NCBI GenBank assembly: GCA_965203315.1
Contig: OZ241857.1
Span: 1,856,001-1,920,000 of the forward strand
Direction: 5' to 3'
Origin: Nitrosopumilus sp.
GTDB taxonomy: Archaea; Thermoproteota; Nitrososphaeria; Nitrososphaerales; Nitrosopumilaceae
Length of the DNA: 64,000 bases
Part shown: positions 61,978 through 64,000 of the stretch, piece after piece
Layout of the letters: every line of letters begins with the position of its first letter
How positions within the stretch are numbered: the first letter of the stretch is position 1
Position numbers and translations under genes: made by a program
The notes under the pieces: generated by a model
The model's database searches: none
The model's input: only the letters and a program-made list of their open reading frames with translations
Told to the model about the DNA's origin: nothing

Positions 61978-64000
61978 TTGAGTAAGCGTCGTCTGATCCC
62001 TATTCTAGCTTTGGCAGCAGTTGTACCACTCTTACTAGTTGATCTAGATGATGTATTTGCAGCACCTATACCTCCAAACACATATTCCGATCCATCAACA
62101 AGCTGGCGTGATGGTAAAGGTTCCAACGGAGTCCCACTTGTCATACATACTAACAACAACAGCGCAACTCTTCAGATTAATCCTCATGTAACAAGTTATG
62201 ATCACTATAGAAATAATCCCATCAATTACCAACAAGGAGACATTACCATAGATAGAGGCACAAAGATACTACCAAACTCTGTATTGGCATCATTTAGTAG
62301 TTGTACAGTCAGGTTTGGAGTACAAAACGTAGGTTCCAATCCAGCTAATGCTGACGATCACAATTATGCTAAACTACCCACTGATGTCGATAGTCGCACC
62401 TATACGAATCCTAGTATAGGCGGTGATGTAAGAGCACTAGGTGTAGACTTTAAACAATATTCTGGCTGTGACGTCTCTGCTCTTACCACTCCAAACTCTA
62501 CCAACTCACCACTCATCACAGACAAAGAGATGAGAGTTACGATTTATGGTCAGGCTGGCAAAAAGGCATTCTTTTCTTCACACTTTGAAAATATCACCAC
62601 GGCTCAACTGATCCCAGAGTGTACTAGCGCAAACTTTGACAACAGTACCAATCCCAAAAAACTCAAAGGAGATACAAGGATGTGTCACGGTACCTATGGT
62701 GGCGATCTAGTTATCATAACAAAGCAGATTGGAGAGTATGGTTCCACTAGTACGATTCTTCCACCAGATACACTACCTATACCACCGCCTAGTGGTTTTC
62801 CTACTACACTTACTACGAGTGATGTTCCATACCTGAAAAGTAGTCTTAATATCGACAATGGAACACTTGGTACAAGTGCAAAGAGATATCAGATAGATGG
62901 TACCCAACCTGGTTCGTTGGTCAAGGCAGGTGATATCCATATACAAGGTACGACAACGATACTCTCAAATCCGATACTCTTAGATCTCTCAACAACATGT
63001 GCTTTTAATATCGTATCACTTCCTGCTCTAAGTACTGCTTTCCCCACCAACGTACAACCAGCAGGTAATGCAAGCAATCCCGCCTCGATTGCATTTAGTG
63101 GACAATCTACTTGTGCAAACTGGTCTCCTACACATCCAATGATAACCGACAAAGAGATGCGAATTACTCTGACCAATAAAACAGGCAGTAAGGCATGGTA
63201 TGCATCGCCTAGTGAGGGTATAACAGAAGCTCAGCCGATCCCAGCATGTACAGATGATATGATACACAAGAATCAAACTCTCAAAGGCAGGACAAAGATG
63301 TGTTATGGTGTGTACAGTGATGATCTAATAATCGTCACCAAGAGATTCTTTGGACAATATGGATCTGCTGACACCATTACACCGCCACAGAATTCTGTGG
63401 ATCTTGATTCAAGCTATGCAATCCCTCCAGGTACGCTGTCCATACCTCCACCTAGTGGTTTTCCTACTTCCCTTACTAGTAGTGATGCTCCATACATATC
63501 AGCTCAACGATCTAGCGATAATGGAACAATTGGTGCTACCAGCGCCAAACGATATCAGATAGACGGTAATCAAAACGTACCGGTCAGGGCAGGCGATATC
63601 TACATACAAGGTACAACAACGATACTCTCAAATCCATTCTTTGTAGGAAAGGGTTACACTTGTCCTTTTAATATATTCTCACTCCATACTGAACGCACTT
63701 ATCACGGGGGTGGTTTTGCTTATCCGACCAACGTACAACCGACAGGTAATGCAACCAATCCGGCATCGATGACATTTCATGGAGACTCTACTTGTGAAAA
63801 CTGGTCTCCTACACATCCAATGATAACAGACAAAGAGATGCGAATCACCCTAGACAATAAAACAGGCAGTAAAGCTTGGTATGCATCACCTCGTCAAAAC
63901 ATAACAGAAGCGCAACCAATTCCTGCATGTACTACAGATACCATAAATGTCAGTACAGGTAAACTCAAGGGCAACACAAAGATGTGTTATGGTGTATACG
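61978..64000 (+). CDS. Large secreted/surface protein with tandem ~210-227-aa repeats; runs off the window
   Basis: Missed by the track. The frame is open for all 674 codons to the window end. Signal peptide MSKRRLIPILALAAVVPLLLVDLDDVFA; ITDKEMR recurs at ~62515, 63142 and 63823. Confidence 0.9.
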   Translation, partial: MSKRRLIPILALAAVVPLLLVDLDDVFAAPIPPNTYSDPSTSWRDGKGSNGVPLVIHTNNNSATLQINPHVTSYDHYRNNPINYQQGDITIDRGTKILPNSVLASFSSCTVRFGVQNVGSNPANADDHNYAKLPTDVDSRTYTNPSIGGDVRALGVDFKQYSGCDVSALTTPNSTNSPLITDKEMRVTIYGQAGKKAFFSSHFENITTAQLIPECTSANFDNSTNPKKLKGDTRMCHGTYGGDLVIITKQIGEYGSTSTILPPDTLPIPPPSGFPTTLTTSDVPYLKSSLNIDNGTLGTSAKRYQIDGTQPGSLVKAGDIHIQGTTTILSNPILLDLSTTCAFNIVSLPALSTAFPTNVQPAGNASNPASIAFSGQSTCANWSPTHPMITDKEMRITLTNKTGSKAWYASPSEGITEAQPIPACTDDMIHKNQTLKGRTKMCYGVYSDDLIIVTKRFFGQYGSADTITPPQNSVDLDSSYAIPPGTLSIPPPSGFPTSLTSSDAPYISAQRSSDNGTIGATSAKRYQIDGNQNVPVRAGDIYIQGTTTILSNPFFVGKGYTCPFNIFSLHTERTYHGGGFAYPTNVQPTGNATNPASMTFHGDSTCENWSPTHPMITDKEMRITLDNKTGSKAWYASPRQNITEAQPIPACTTDTINVSTGKLKGNTKMCYGVY

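Noticed and set aside
487-63562. Numerous short ORFs in the track antisense to or overlapping real genes (e.g. 28096-28668, 50579-51028, 59944-60267, 61941-62159)
   Set aside because: These are shadow ORFs of well-supported genes and have no motifs.
1-64000. CRISPR array, rRNA genes or prophage
   Set aside because: No regularly spaced repeat-spacer units, rRNA-like sequence, integrase or virion genes seen.
62500-64000. Diversity-generating retroelement TR/VR pair in the repeat protein
   Set aside because: Differences between repeats include indels and are not adenine-specific, and there is no reverse transcriptase in the window.

Overview
This window is chromosomal DNA of an ammonia-oxidising archaeon (Nitrosopumilaceae/Thaumarchaeota). 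The markers are a eukaryote-like topoisomerase IB, the 3HP/4HB-cycle 3-hydroxypropionyl-CoA synthetase/dehydratase pair, and Alba, Nop5-fibrillarin, RadA-L21e-Rpo4-DUF655-KsgA, DnaG, PsmA and uvrBAC. The housekeeping backbone is heavily invaded by mobile DNA, which suggests (inference) a host-associated lineage. Six IS elements with readable ends make up about 8.4 kb (13%): three ISH3-like, one IS66, one IS5 inside a DEAD/DEAH helicase, and one IS1111-type IS110. At least three MITE families are also present, two of them in nested insertions. Two tRNAs are present: Met-CAT with a non-canonical 30/31 BHB intron, and Ser-GCT. The most notable observations are: (i) a G14 tract between a TATA box and the start of a large secreted protein built of ~210-227-aa Cys-containing repeats, missed by the ORF track (candidate phase-variable surface protein); (ii) an archaeal IS1111-type element with a ~200-nt 3' non-coding end (candidate bridge/seek RNA) whose left inverted repeat is split by a MITE; (iii) an old ~115-bp palindromic repeat present five times; (iv) frameshifted topoisomerase IB and PIN toxin genes; (v) a 24-aa internal duplication in Rpo4; (vi) apparent enrichment of AGATCT/TCTAGA words. 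All calls were made by eye, without database searches.
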